From contig JBDKFG010000036.1 of the NCBI GenBank assembly GCA_039798785.1, positions 1 to 45,771 of the forward strand: a stretch of 45,771 bases of DNA, in the 5' to 3' direction. Position 1 is the stretch's first letter. Each line of letters opens with the position of its first letter. Origin of the DNA: Verrucomicrobiota bacterium. GTDB lineage: Bacteria; Verrucomicrobiota; Lentisphaeria; Lentisphaerales; Lentisphaeraceae. The notes beneath the pieces are model-generated. The model ran no database searches. It had not been told where the DNA came from and worked only from the letters and a program-made list of their open reading frames with translations. This document shows, in pieces, positions 17,069 through 25,790 of the stretch. The position numbers and the translations under genes are program-made.

Positions 17069-20023
17069 ATGTTTCACAATGACGCCCGTTCAAGCAAGCA
17101 GCGCGACTGGGACCAGTTCCAGCCGGCGCAGGCCGCCGAAGTCAAGGTTTATGAACGCGACGGCGACGTCGACGCCAGCCGCTTCACGCTTCGCACGCGC
17201 GAAGACGAATTCATGGTGATTTCGGTCGAGGAGAAGTTCATCTGGGACCTGCTTGACGGAAAGCGGGACGTCCAGGATCTGGCGATGATCTACTTGGAAA
17301 AGCGCGGCCGGATCGCCTTGGGGATGATCAAGCAGTTCGTCACCCGGCTTGAGGAGAACGGCTTTCTTCTCAGCTCGGCCCCCCGCCAGGCTCTGCCGGC
17401 GACGCGTTTCGTCCGTCTTCCGGGGGCGAAAGGCCTGGCCGCTTTACTGGCGCATCCCTTGCAGTTCCTTCTTCATCCGGTCCTGCTGGCATTTTTCAGC
17501 CTGCCCGCAGCCTATGGATTCCTGCGGTTGATCGAATCCTTTGGCGAGCCCGGGGCGACCAATCAGCTGCTGATCGTGAACCGCCAGCTTTCGGCTCCTT
17601 TGTGCCTGGCCTTTTTGCTTTGCTTTCCGGTCGCATCCCTCCTGCGGGTGCTCTGCAAGATTGCTCTTCTGGGCCGGGAGAAACTGCCGATCCAGGATCT
17701 TGGCATCTCCTTCCATGCCGTCCCAGGTTTTCACGCCCGCCTCCCCTCGGTGAGCGCCCTCTCGCCGGGACGCCGGCTCCTGATCAAGCTCAGCGGCGTC
17801 TGGCTCCTGGCGATCCTCTGCGGCTTAAGCTGGGCGATCAGCTCTCATCCGGATCTCCTGCGCTTCACCGGTGTCGAGACCGCCCAGCTCGCCAGCCTGT
17901 GCCGCCATGTCGGCACCGCCCTGCTGATCGTCCTGCTCTACCAATCCTGCCCCTTCCTCAATAACGACATCTACCGCGGTGTCATCGACCATTTCCGCGA
18001 GCCATTCCTCCGTCGCGCCTCCTTCAAATTCATCGGACGTCACCTGAGATCCTTCTTTGCCGGCAATGCCGCCGCCGGCGGCGACTCATTCCTCTACATC
18101 TCTTATAACGTGGTGAGTCTCACATGGGCCGCAGGCAGCGCCTTCCTACTCCTGACCCTGGCGACCCAGAATCCCGACATCCCCAATCTGGCACTCGACA
18201 ATGTCCGCCAGGCCGTGATCGGCGACGCCTCGGCGGTCAGTGCCATCGACAATGCCGCTGGCAACAAGCGCATGGCCTTGTATTTCTCTCTCGTCATCCT
18301 TCCCATCGCGCTGATTGGCTTGCATATCTTCTTCCGGATTCTCAGCTCCATTCATAACTTCATCGAGCAGTCACGTTTCGGCCATTCCGAATTCTACGGC
18401 AAGCTGATCGGCAGCATCGGCTTCCTCGGCGTCTTCGCCTTCGAGCTGATCCAACGCCAGGAGTCGAAGGTCCTCTGCGTGCTTACCGCTCTTCTTGCCG
18501 CCTGGGTCGGCATGCGACTGCTGCGCAGCGCCGCCTCCGGCTCCGTTCCCGGCCGCGCCGCCATCGTCGGCATCACCATCAGTCTCGGCCTGGCGGCGCT
18601 CTACTGCCTCCCCTGGCAGATCCGCTTCAGCGCTCAGATCGCCATCGGCAGCGGCATAGCTCTGGCTGTGCTGTGCTTGATCTGCCGCTGCCCGCTGCTG
18701 ATGGCTGCGGGAGCCTTCATCTTCTGCACCCAGGCGATGGGAATGCAGACCGGCCTGGGCATCCTCGGTCCGGCCGGCCTGCTTTTCGGCGTCGCCAGCA
18801 TCCGCCGGCCCTACCGCAGGGAGTTTGAACTGGATGCCTATCCGATCCGCCTCGAGCATACCGAAGACGGCGCCTTGCGCGATGCTTACGCCTATGTCGC
18901 CAGAACTCTCGGCGGCCAGTTCGAGAGAGACTTCGGCGCCTACGCGCTCGGCCGGTTCCGCTCTGCTGTAGAAACCAAGGGGCGCCCCGGCTTCGATGCT
19001 CTCTCAGCCGAGACCGAGATCCAGGCTCTCGGCCAGGAGGCCCGGGGCAAGATCACCGCGATCTTCAGCGAGCTCCGCCTCCAGGCTGGCGCCACCTACA
19101 GCCGCGGCCTGGCTCAGGCGATCAGCGACCGCATCCCCTGGCAGCTCCGACAGATCCTCGAAAAACATGCGGGCAGTCTCGGTGGCGCCGTCACCCATCA
19201 GATCGCCCAGCTCTCTCTCGAGCAGCGCCGCAAGCTGATCTCCAGCACCTTGCTCTTCGCCGAGGCGACTTCCGACCAGCTCGACTTCCTGGACGCCTGC
19301 TTCAGTCCGGTGTCGATCAAGATTGGTGACGACATCATCCGCCAAGGCGATCACGGCGATCGCCTCTTCATCATCGCCACGGGTCACGCACAAGTGACGG
19401 TTGAAGACGGCGCCGGCCATGCCCATATCCTGGCCACCCTCGGCCCGGGAGACTTCTTCGGGGAGACCGCTCTTCTCACCGCCGCACCCAGGATGGCCAC
19501 CATCGCCGCCCTGGAGCCGATGGAGCTGCTCTCCCTACGCACTCAGGACTTTGATACCTTCCTCGCCAGTCATCCAGGCCACCGCGAACGCCTCGTCGCC
19601 GCCATCGAGATGCTCCGCCTCGTACGCTCCGTGCCGCTCTTCCAGGAACTCGAAAGCTCCTCCATCTCGCAGATGGTGCGGGCCATGCACTCTCTCGAAA
19701 TCGCCGACGGCAGCGCCATCATCTCACAGGGAGAAGTGGACGCCAAGACCTTCTACATCGTTTATTCCGGCAGGGTCGAGATCGTCCGCCGCAACGACGA
19801 CGGCAGCGAAGTCAAGGTGGTCGAGCTCGGCAAAGGGGAATACTTCGGGGAGATCGCCTTGCTCCGCTCCATCCCAAGGACTGCCACCGTCCGCGCGCTC
19901 GGCGAGTGCCGCGTCCTTGCCCTCGACAAGGAAACCTTCCTCCGCGTCGTCGGCACTCATGCCCTCCTCGAGCAGAACCTTGCCGCCACCGGCAAGCGCC
20001 GTCTGATGGAACTCATGCACTGA
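17069..20023 (+). CDS. Multi-domain membrane protein: PqqD/RRE-like wHTH + degenerate M50-peptidase-like region + two cyclic-nucleotide-binding domains
   Basis: FIWDLLDGKRDVQDL...LEENGFL (PqqD-like); many TM helices; IIRQGDHGDRLFII...FFGETALLTAAPRMAT and IISQGE..FYIV...YFGEIALLRSIPRTATV. Confidence 0.85.
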   Translation: MFHNDARSSKQRDWDQFQPAQAAEVKVYERDGDVDASRFTLRTREDEFMVISVEEKFIWDLLDGKRDVQDLAMIYLEKRGRIALGMIKQFVTRLEENGFLLSSAPRQALPATRFVRLPGAKGLAALLAHPLQFLLHPVLLAFFSLPAAYGFLRLIESFGEPGATNQLLIVNRQLSAPLCLAFLLCFPVASLLRVLCKIALLGREKLPIQDLGISFHAVPGFHARLPSVSALSPGRRLLIKLSGVWLLAILCGLSWAISSHPDLLRFTGVETAQLASLCRHVGTALLIVLLYQSCPFLNNDIYRGVIDHFREPFLRRASFKFIGRHLRSFFAGNAAAGGDSFLYISYNVVSLTWAAGSAFLLLTLATQNPDIPNLALDNVRQAVIGDASAVSAIDNAAGNKRMALYFSLVILPIALIGLHIFFRILSSIHNFIEQSRFGHSEFYGKLIGSIGFLGVFAFELIQRQESKVLCVLTALLAAWVGMRLLRSAASGSVPGRAAIVGITISLGLAALYCLPWQIRFSAQIAIGSGIALAVLCLICRCPLLMAAGAFIFCTQAMGMQTGLGILGPAGLLFGVASIRRPYRREFELDAYPIRLEHTEDGALRDAYAYVARTLGGQFERDFGAYALGRFRSAVETKGRPGFDALSAETEIQALGQEARGKITAIFSELRLQAGATYSRGLAQAISDRIPWQLRQILEKHAGSLGGAVTHQIAQLSLEQRRKLISSTLLFAEATSDQLDFLDACFSPVSIKIGDDIIRQGDHGDRLFIIATGHAQVTVEDGAGHAHILATLGPGDFFGETALLTAAPRMATIAALEPMELLSLRTQDFDTFLASHPGHRERLVAAIEMLRLVRSVPLFQELESSSISQMVRAMHSLEIADGSAIISQGEVDAKTFYIVYSGRVEIVRRNDDGSEVKVVELGKGEYFGEIALLRSIPRTATVRALGECRVLALDKETFLRVVGTHALLEQNLAATGKRRLMELMH

Positions 20024-20046
20024 ACTCAAGAATCGGAAGTCCCGCC

Positions 20047-20913
20047 ATGATCTTGCGCATCGCCGCCGCCCTCTTCATACTCTCCATGGCCTCCTGCCAG
20101 ACCGAGGCCTTCACCGGCCGAAAGCAGCTGGCGGCTTTTAATGACGATGAACTCGCCTCACAGGCGAATCAGCAGTACAAGGAAGTGCTCGCCAGCTCCA
20201 AGCTGTCGAAAAACCAGGTCGAACTCGCCCGCCTGCACCGCGTCGGAAAACGCATCGCCGCCTCCGTCGACGACTACTGCAAGGCCAACAAGATCCAGAT
20301 GAAATTCGACTGGGAGTTCAATCTCATCGAGGACTCCCAGGTCAACGCCTGGTGCATGCCCGGCGGCAAGATCGCCTTCTACACCGGCATTCTCCCTGTA
20401 ACCCAGGACGACGCCGGCATGGCGGTGGTGATGGGGCACGAAGTCGCCCACGCCTTGGCTCGTCACGGCAACGAACGGGCCACTCAAGCCACCGCAGCAG
20501 AATTGGGCTTGAAGATCGCGGGCATCTTCGCCGAACAGAAGGGGGGAGTCGCCTCGAAGGCCGCCGTCGAAGGCGCCAAACTCGGTGCGCCTCTCCTGCT
20601 TCTCAAATACAGCCGCAAGCAGGAATCCGCCGCCGACGAGATCGGCGCCATCCTGATGGCCAAGGCTGGCTACGATCCGCGTGCCGCCATCCCCTTCTGG
20701 CGCCGCATGGCCGCCATCGGCGGCCAAAAACCGCCTGAATTGCTCTCCACCCACCCCTCGGATGAAACTCGTATCCGCGACCTCGAAAAACTCATGCCGA
20801 TGGCGCTCAAGCACTACAAGCCGGCGAGCGCCTTGCCCTTCAGCGACCGCCCGGTGCAGGCCAGCCAGCTCGGCGCCTTCACCTACAGATGTCCCTGCGG
20901 ACAGAAGCACTGA
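20047..20913 (+). CDS. M48-family metallopeptidase lipoprotein
   Basis: Lipobox SMASC, TGRKQL, NAWCMPGGKI, HEVAH zinc motif, QESAADEIG, LSTHP. Confidence 0.93.
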   Translation: MILRIAAALFILSMASCQTEAFTGRKQLAAFNDDELASQANQQYKEVLASSKLSKNQVELARLHRVGKRIAASVDDYCKANKIQMKFDWEFNLIEDSQVNAWCMPGGKIAFYTGILPVTQDDAGMAVVMGHEVAHALARHGNERATQATAAELGLKIAGIFAEQKGGVASKAAVEGAKLGAPLLLLKYSRKQESAADEIGAILMAKAGYDPRAAIPFWRRMAAIGGQKPPELLSTHPSDETRIRDLEKLMPMALKHYKPASALPFSDRPVQASQLGAFTYRCPCGQKH

Positions 20914-20937
20914 GTCCGACAAAGGCAGTCCTCGGCG

Positions 20938-22053
20938 TCAGGCTTCCGACTTGACGCCGATGATTTTTCCGTTGAGAAAGAGCACGTCCCAGGTGGCTTC
21001 GCCTTGATCGTAGCTGAGCTGCACCGTGCCGGCTTCTTCGCCAGGAGATATCTCGCAGAACGCGAAATCCACCGCCTCGCCCTGCTTTGAAGTGGCCAGG
21101 TGCAGACGCGCTGCTGCGTCGAAGTCGGCCAAGCCGTCCCAGTAGGGCTGCAGCAGAAGTATCCCTTCTTCGGTCCTGTCACCGCCTTCGCGCAGGACGA
21201 TGTCGACGCGGCCGAGAAGAGGGTGTTCTCGGCTCAGTTGCAGAGCTCCCTTCATGCGGAAGTCTCCCCAACTGCTTTTGTGGAGATAATGGAGTTGCAG
21301 CCGCATCAGCGTACCGCAGGTATCGCAAAGCAGAAGATCGGCTTCGCGGCTGAAAAGCGCGTGATGGCAGATGCGGCATTGATAAGGAGAGTACGAGCGC
21401 CGGAAAAAGCTGGAGAAACTGGGGCGGAGCAATCTGCAAACATATTCACTCGTCGGAGCTTCCTCGTTTTTGCAGTCGACGCAAACCCATGAGAATCGAT
21501 GGCGCTCGTCTTTCTCGTTCGGATTCTCCACCAAGGTCACCGGACGCCCGGGGTGATTCTGGCAGAAGGCATAGCCTTCATAACTCCAATTCTCGGTTTC
21601 CAGAGTCACCGGGTGAACGATGGGGTCGAGGTATTCCCCTGTTTCCCTGGAACCGGTGTCTTCGAATTGCAAAACCCGGATCTGATCCTGGCTTAACCTG
21701 CTAGTCGCGAGGATCTGGTGTTCTACTGAGAAGTACAGACCACAATCTCCGCAAATAAAGTTGTCGCAACAGCTGAAATGGCACTCGCGGCCGACATCCA
21801 GGCTGCTGCAATCGGGGCATTCGAGGTCGAAGTTCGATTCCAGGCCCATCATGGAGGGATCTTGTGCTTCCTTCTGGCGTTCGAAGTAGAGCTCGGACCA
21901 AAAGCCGCGACAGGAATCACACCACCAATGCAAGGTGCTGGAGATGCACTCGGCCGAGTTGCGGTCCGTCGCGATTCCCATCGCCTGGTGGTGCCGCGGG
22001 CATTGACGCGATTCGCAGCGGATGCCGTGGCGTTGGTAAAGATCATTCTTCAA
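20938..22053 (-). CDS. Cys-rich protein with four predicted zinc ribbons plus an acidic C-terminal domain
   Basis: Probable TTG start at 22053 after AGGAG. Motifs CPRH/CDSC/CPDC/CGDC and CQNH/CVDC/CRIC/CDTC. Confidence 0.65.
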   Translation of the reverse strand: MKNDLYQRHGIRCESRQCPRHHQAMGIATDRNSAECISSTLHWWCDSCRGFWSELYFERQKEAQDPSMMGLESNFDLECPDCSSLDVGRECHFSCCDNFICGDCGLYFSVEHQILATSRLSQDQIRVLQFEDTGSRETGEYLDPIVHPVTLETENWSYEGYAFCQNHPGRPVTLVENPNEKDERHRFSWVCVDCKNEEAPTSEYVCRLLRPSFSSFFRRSYSPYQCRICHHALFSREADLLLCDTCGTLMRLQLHYLHKSSWGDFRMKGALQLSREHPLLGRVDIVLREGGDRTEEGILLLQPYWDGLADFDAAARLHLATSKQGEAVDFAFCEISPGEEAGTVQLSYDQGEATWDVLFLNGKIIGVKSEA

Positions 22054-22310
22054 GGGCTCACTCCTGGGCTGGACTCGCTCACGAAGCCAATCTAGTCCCA
22101 GCAGGAGAGGATTGGCAAGATTGACTTCGTGGCGGCTCCCCGGATTGCGGTGACTCGGAATGTCTCTGGGGGCGGCGTTCACCCCCTTCAGTTTGATCGG
22201 CGCCGCGCTGCCCACCGTACATCGGACCCCTTGGCAACTCTAGGAACCGACGGATGCGATGAGCATGTCCGGAGGCTGCTCAACCCGGTTCCATTCCGCT
22301 GCGGCGGAAT

Positions 22311-23654
22311 TTAGGTCCATTCCTGAAGAGGCGTCGCGATGCGTCGACGCCACCGCCGCAGCTGCAGGTGGAAGACCGCTCTCCGCCGCTCGGTCGCTTC
22401 GGCGCTGTACAGCCGCTCGACCAGCTCTCGGAAGCCTGTGGTGAGCTGCTCGGCGCTCATCCGCTGGGGCGTGAACAGCAGGTCGAAGAGGGTGCAGCGA
22501 TCCCAGGCGCCATCGGCGAGCAGGCGCCCCTCGCGCCTCAGCTTCTCCAGGAAGGGCGTGCCGGGGAAAGGTGTCGGCAAGGTCACCTGGACGTCGTAGA
22601 GTCCGGCTTCCTGGGCGAATTCCGCGACCGCCGCAAAGATACTCGGATCGTGCTCGTCGAGGCCGACGATGAAGCAGCCGTTGACCCGGATGCCGTGGTC
22701 CTGAATGCGCTTCACCGCGGCAAGGGCGCTGTGCTGACGCTTGAGCTTCCAGTTGGCCCGCATCTCGAGGCCGTCGAGGCCGGCGGAGACCGGACTTTCC
22801 AGGCCGATCAAGAGCTCGCGGCAGCCCGCCTTGGCAATCGCCTTCAAGAGCTCCGGATCGTCCGCCACTGACAAATCGGTTTCAGTGAACCAGCGCAGCT
22901 CGCGCTTCGCCAGCTCGGGCAGGAGCGCCTGCCAGTAAGGCCGGTTGATGAAGGAGTTGTCGTCGGCGAACTCGATGAAGGGTCGCGGCCAGAGTTGACG
23001 AATGCGGTCGATTTCGGCGAGGACGCGCTCCATCGGCTTCTGTTTGTAGCGCGGGGTGAGGAGGATGGAGCCGGCGCAGAAGCTGCAGCGGTGTGGGCAG
23101 CCGCGGCTGGTCTGGACGGTGAGGCGATTGTACTTGCGGCGATCCAGCAATTCGAAGGCGGGCATCGGCGATTGCGCCAGATCGAATTCACGGCCGCGGG
23201 CGTCGTAGATCCGCGCCAGTTTTCCCGCCTCGGCATCGGCCAGCAGCTCCGGCCAGGTGACTTCGCCTTCGCCGATCGACACCGCGTCGCAATGAGCCAA
23301 GGCTTCATCGGGGAGACTGGTGACATGCAGGCCGCCCATCACCACCGGGACGCCGCGGGAGCGGTACAGCGCCGCCAATTCGTAGGCCTCGAAGATCTGG
23401 GCGCTGAAGCTGGAAATGACTACCAGATCGACCTCAAGCGGGAGTCTGGCAAAGGCGGCGCGATCGGGCACTTCGTGGTACAAGCGCTGGTGCCGCTCCG
23501 GATCGGTCATACCGGCCAGGGTGAGCAGGCCGAGGCTCGGCAGGCTGGCGATCACCTGGCTGCGTTCGACGAAGCCGGGAAGGGTCAAGCCCCGCGCCAG
23601 CAGCTCGGCGTCCTGACAACGCACCCCGCTCATCGCCGCAAAAAGGATCCTCAT
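22311..23654 (-). CDS. B12-binding-domain radical SAM protein
   Basis: LPSLGLLTLAG, VVMGGLHVT, GEGE, QTSRGCPHRCSFC (CxxxCxxC), FADDN, IGLES, TPFPGT. Confidence 0.92.
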   Translation of the reverse strand: MRILFAAMSGVRCQDAELLARGLTLPGFVERSQVIASLPSLGLLTLAGMTDPERHQRLYHEVPDRAAFARLPLEVDLVVISSFSAQIFEAYELAALYRSRGVPVVMGGLHVTSLPDEALAHCDAVSIGEGEVTWPELLADAEAGKLARIYDARGREFDLAQSPMPAFELLDRRKYNRLTVQTSRGCPHRCSFCAGSILLTPRYKQKPMERVLAEIDRIRQLWPRPFIEFADDNSFINRPYWQALLPELAKRELRWFTETDLSVADDPELLKAIAKAGCRELLIGLESPVSAGLDGLEMRANWKLKRQHSALAAVKRIQDHGIRVNGCFIVGLDEHDPSIFAAVAEFAQEAGLYDVQVTLPTPFPGTPFLEKLRREGRLLADGAWDRCTLFDLLFTPQRMSAEQLTTGFRELVERLYSAEATERRRAVFHLQLRRWRRRIATPLQEWT

Positions 23655-24928
23655 TTCGCCTCGGCCGCGGAGGCTTTGGCTTCCTCTTCCAGACGCTTGA
23701 GATGTGGCAGAACGATCCGATCAAAAGTTGGGCGCAAAACATCGGTCGCCAGCAGGGACTGATGAAGAGCCTTGAACGACTCCCATTCGGACGGCTCGGC
23801 ATGGATGAAATTTCGCTCCCTCAGATTTTCGATGGTGCGGGTCAGGGTGAGTCGCACTTCGATCTTGAGAAAGCTGCTGTGCGCCGGGCGCAAACCCAGG
23901 AAATTGCCAATGCAGCGATTGATGCCGCCGCCCCCCCAGTGCCCAAGATAAACCGGCGGCTGCAGATCGCGGCCTCGGGGAATCCCGGCTTTGACCAAGG
24001 CGTCGACTGCGTCCATACGCTGCGCCCCGGTCCGTTTTGGCGGCTGATTCGGCTCATCCCATTCCTGCATCAGGGCGACGGCCTGCTGATAACGGCCGAG
24101 CTCCGCTTGGGACTGGGTCCATTGACTGGCCACGGCGGCAGCGGCCAGGGCCGGCGGAAGCAACAAGGTCCAGGAGAAGCCGGCTTGTTTGTCGGCCGGC
24201 TGCAGCAAGCCGCAGGCCTCGGGATCGCGATGCTTCATCTTCCAGAGAAGGCAGCCGAGGGCGAGGATGGCGCCGAAAAAGAGGTAGGAGCTGAGTTGGC
24301 CGCTGAAATTCATGATGAACTTCTGTTCCGGTGAATGAACGCCGCCGCCCATGACCATCAGGGCGACGTTCAAGCTCTTCAAGAAAATCAGTGGCACGAC
24401 GATGAAACTGCTGCCGACGAGGAGGATTGGGACGCCTGGGTTGCCGGTGAGGATGCTGAGGGCGCGTCCCATCAGCACGACCCGCCAAGTGGCGACGATG
24501 CCGAGGAGGGCGAAGTTGGCTTTGATCGCAGTCAGGCTGTCGGGGCAGAGGCGTTCCACCGGAATGGCGTAGAGCCAGGCGCAGGGCGCGGTCATCCAGA
24601 ACAGCGCCATGAAGACTGGCCAGGAGTGCTGGCGTCGGCCTCGGGGAGAAAGGGCCTGAAATACGGCGAATAGCCAGGTGCCCATGGCCAGTGAGGCGAG
24701 CAGTGGTAGGAAGAATAGCCCCATCTTGGTCTCAAAGGGCTCCTGATCGTATTCGCGGCAGAAGCCGGCGACGACGACGCTGATCAGGCCGAAGGCGATG
24801 GCAGGATACGGGTTCGCGGCGACCCGTTCAATCGACTGGCGTCGGCCGATCAAGAAGCCGGCGAGATCCCCCAATCCTAAAGCGCGGGGGTGCTGATTCG
24901 CCGCGGGAGTTCCAGTTTCATCCATCAT
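23651..24928 (-). CDS. Hypothetical integral membrane protein
   Basis: Multiple hydrophobic helices; motifs GFCREYD, FWMTAPCAWLYAIPVER, VATWRV. Stop overlaps the radical SAM start. Confidence 0.8.
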   Translation of the reverse strand: MMDETGTPAANQHPRALGLGDLAGFLIGRRQSIERVAANPYPAIAFGLISVVVAGFCREYDQEPFETKMGLFFLPLLASLAMGTWLFAVFQALSPRGRRQHSWPVFMALFWMTAPCAWLYAIPVERLCPDSLTAIKANFALLGIVATWRVVLMGRALSILTGNPGVPILLVGSSFIVVPLIFLKSLNVALMVMGGGVHSPEQKFIMNFSGQLSSYLFFGAILALGCLLWKMKHRDPEACGLLQPADKQAGFSWTLLLPPALAAAAVASQWTQSQAELGRYQQAVALMQEWDEPNQPPKRTGAQRMDAVDALVKAGIPRGRDLQPPVYLGHWGGGGINRCIGNFLGLRPAHSSFLKIEVRLTLTRTIENLRERNFIHAEPSEWESFKALHQSLLATDVLRPTFDRIVLPHLKRLEEEAKASAAEAK

Positions 24929-24938
24929 CTGACCCTTT

Positions 24939-25706
24939 TTAATCTTTGGACTGGGAATGGCGGCGGTTGAAGGCCACGGCCTCTTGATAAACGACGCCGG
25001 TGCCGCCGAAGATGTCGAGGGCCGAGCCGATGGTCAGGTGGACGCGGTTGCGGGACAGGGAGGTGACGGTTTCGAGATCGTCGAGGGACTTGGCGCCGCC
25101 AGCATAGGTCGAGGGGATAGGGGAGTGCTCCGCCAGCATTTTGACCAGCTCGAGATCGATTCCTTGGCAGAGGCCTTCGACATCGACGGCGTGGACGAGG
25201 AATTCGTCGCACTGGGTCGCCAATTGCGCCAGGGTGGCAGGATTGAGTTCCATCGTGGTGAACTTCTGCCAGCGATCGGTGACGATCCAGTATTTGCCAT
25301 CGCGAATGCGGGCGCTGAGGTCGAGAATGAGTTTGTCGCGGCCGACGAGGCGGAGCAGTTCGTCGAGCGCCGCCTGGTCGAACCGTCCGTCCTTGAAGAC
25401 GGCGGAGGTGACGATGAGGTGTGAGGCGCCGGCGTCGAGCCATTCCTTGGCGTTGGCGGCGGAGATGCCGCCGCCGATTTGGAGGCCTCCGGGCCAGGCG
25501 GCGAGGGCTTCGCGGGCGGCGGCGTCGTTGCCGGCGCCGAGCTTGATCACGTGGGCGCCGGTCACCCCGTCGCGGCGGTACAACTCGGCATAATAGGCCG
25601 GCGGCAGCTCGGAGACGAAATTGGTCCGGGCGCCGCTGTCGGTGAGCGAGCCGCCGACGATTTGTTTGACGCGGCCGTCGTGGAGGTCGATGCAGGGACG
25701 GAACAT
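24939..25706 (-). CDS. hisA: ProFAR isomerase, eukaryote/His6-like HisA type
   Basis: MFRPCIDLHDGRVKQIVGGSL, HVIKLG, LQIGGGI, EFLVHAVDVEGLCQGID, LTIGSALDIFGG. Confidence 0.92.
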   Translation of the reverse strand: MFRPCIDLHDGRVKQIVGGSLTDSGARTNFVSELPPAYYAELYRRDGVTGAHVIKLGAGNDAAAREALAAWPGGLQIGGGISAANAKEWLDAGASHLIVTSAVFKDGRFDQAALDELLRLVGRDKLILDLSARIRDGKYWIVTDRWQKFTTMELNPATLAQLATQCDEFLVHAVDVEGLCQGIDLELVKMLAEHSPIPSTYAGGAKSLDDLETVTSLSRNRVHLTIGSALDIFGGTGVVYQEAVAFNRRHSQSKD

Positions 25707-25712
25707 AGGGTA

Positions 25713-25766
25713 TTCAAGCTTAAAGTTTAAAGTTTAAGGTTCAAAGGAGGGAGTCCTTTGAACCTT
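25713..25766. repeat. 7-nt tandem repeats (TTAAAGT-like) leading into a perfect 13-bp hairpin
   Basis: TTCAAGC TTAAAGT TTAAAGT TTAAGGT TCAAAGG; stem AAGGTTCAAAGGA (25736-25748) / TCCTTTGAACCTT (25754-25766). Confidence 0.8.
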
Positions 25767-25790
25767 GAGGGAGACAAGCCGACACGTCTT

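Noticed and set aside
14297..23654. RiPP cluster (RRE-like domain, radical SAM, peptidase, ABC ATPase)
   Set aside because: The genes lie in three different transcription units and orientations, no precursor peptide is evident, and the rSAM is B12-type without a SPASM or RRE domain.
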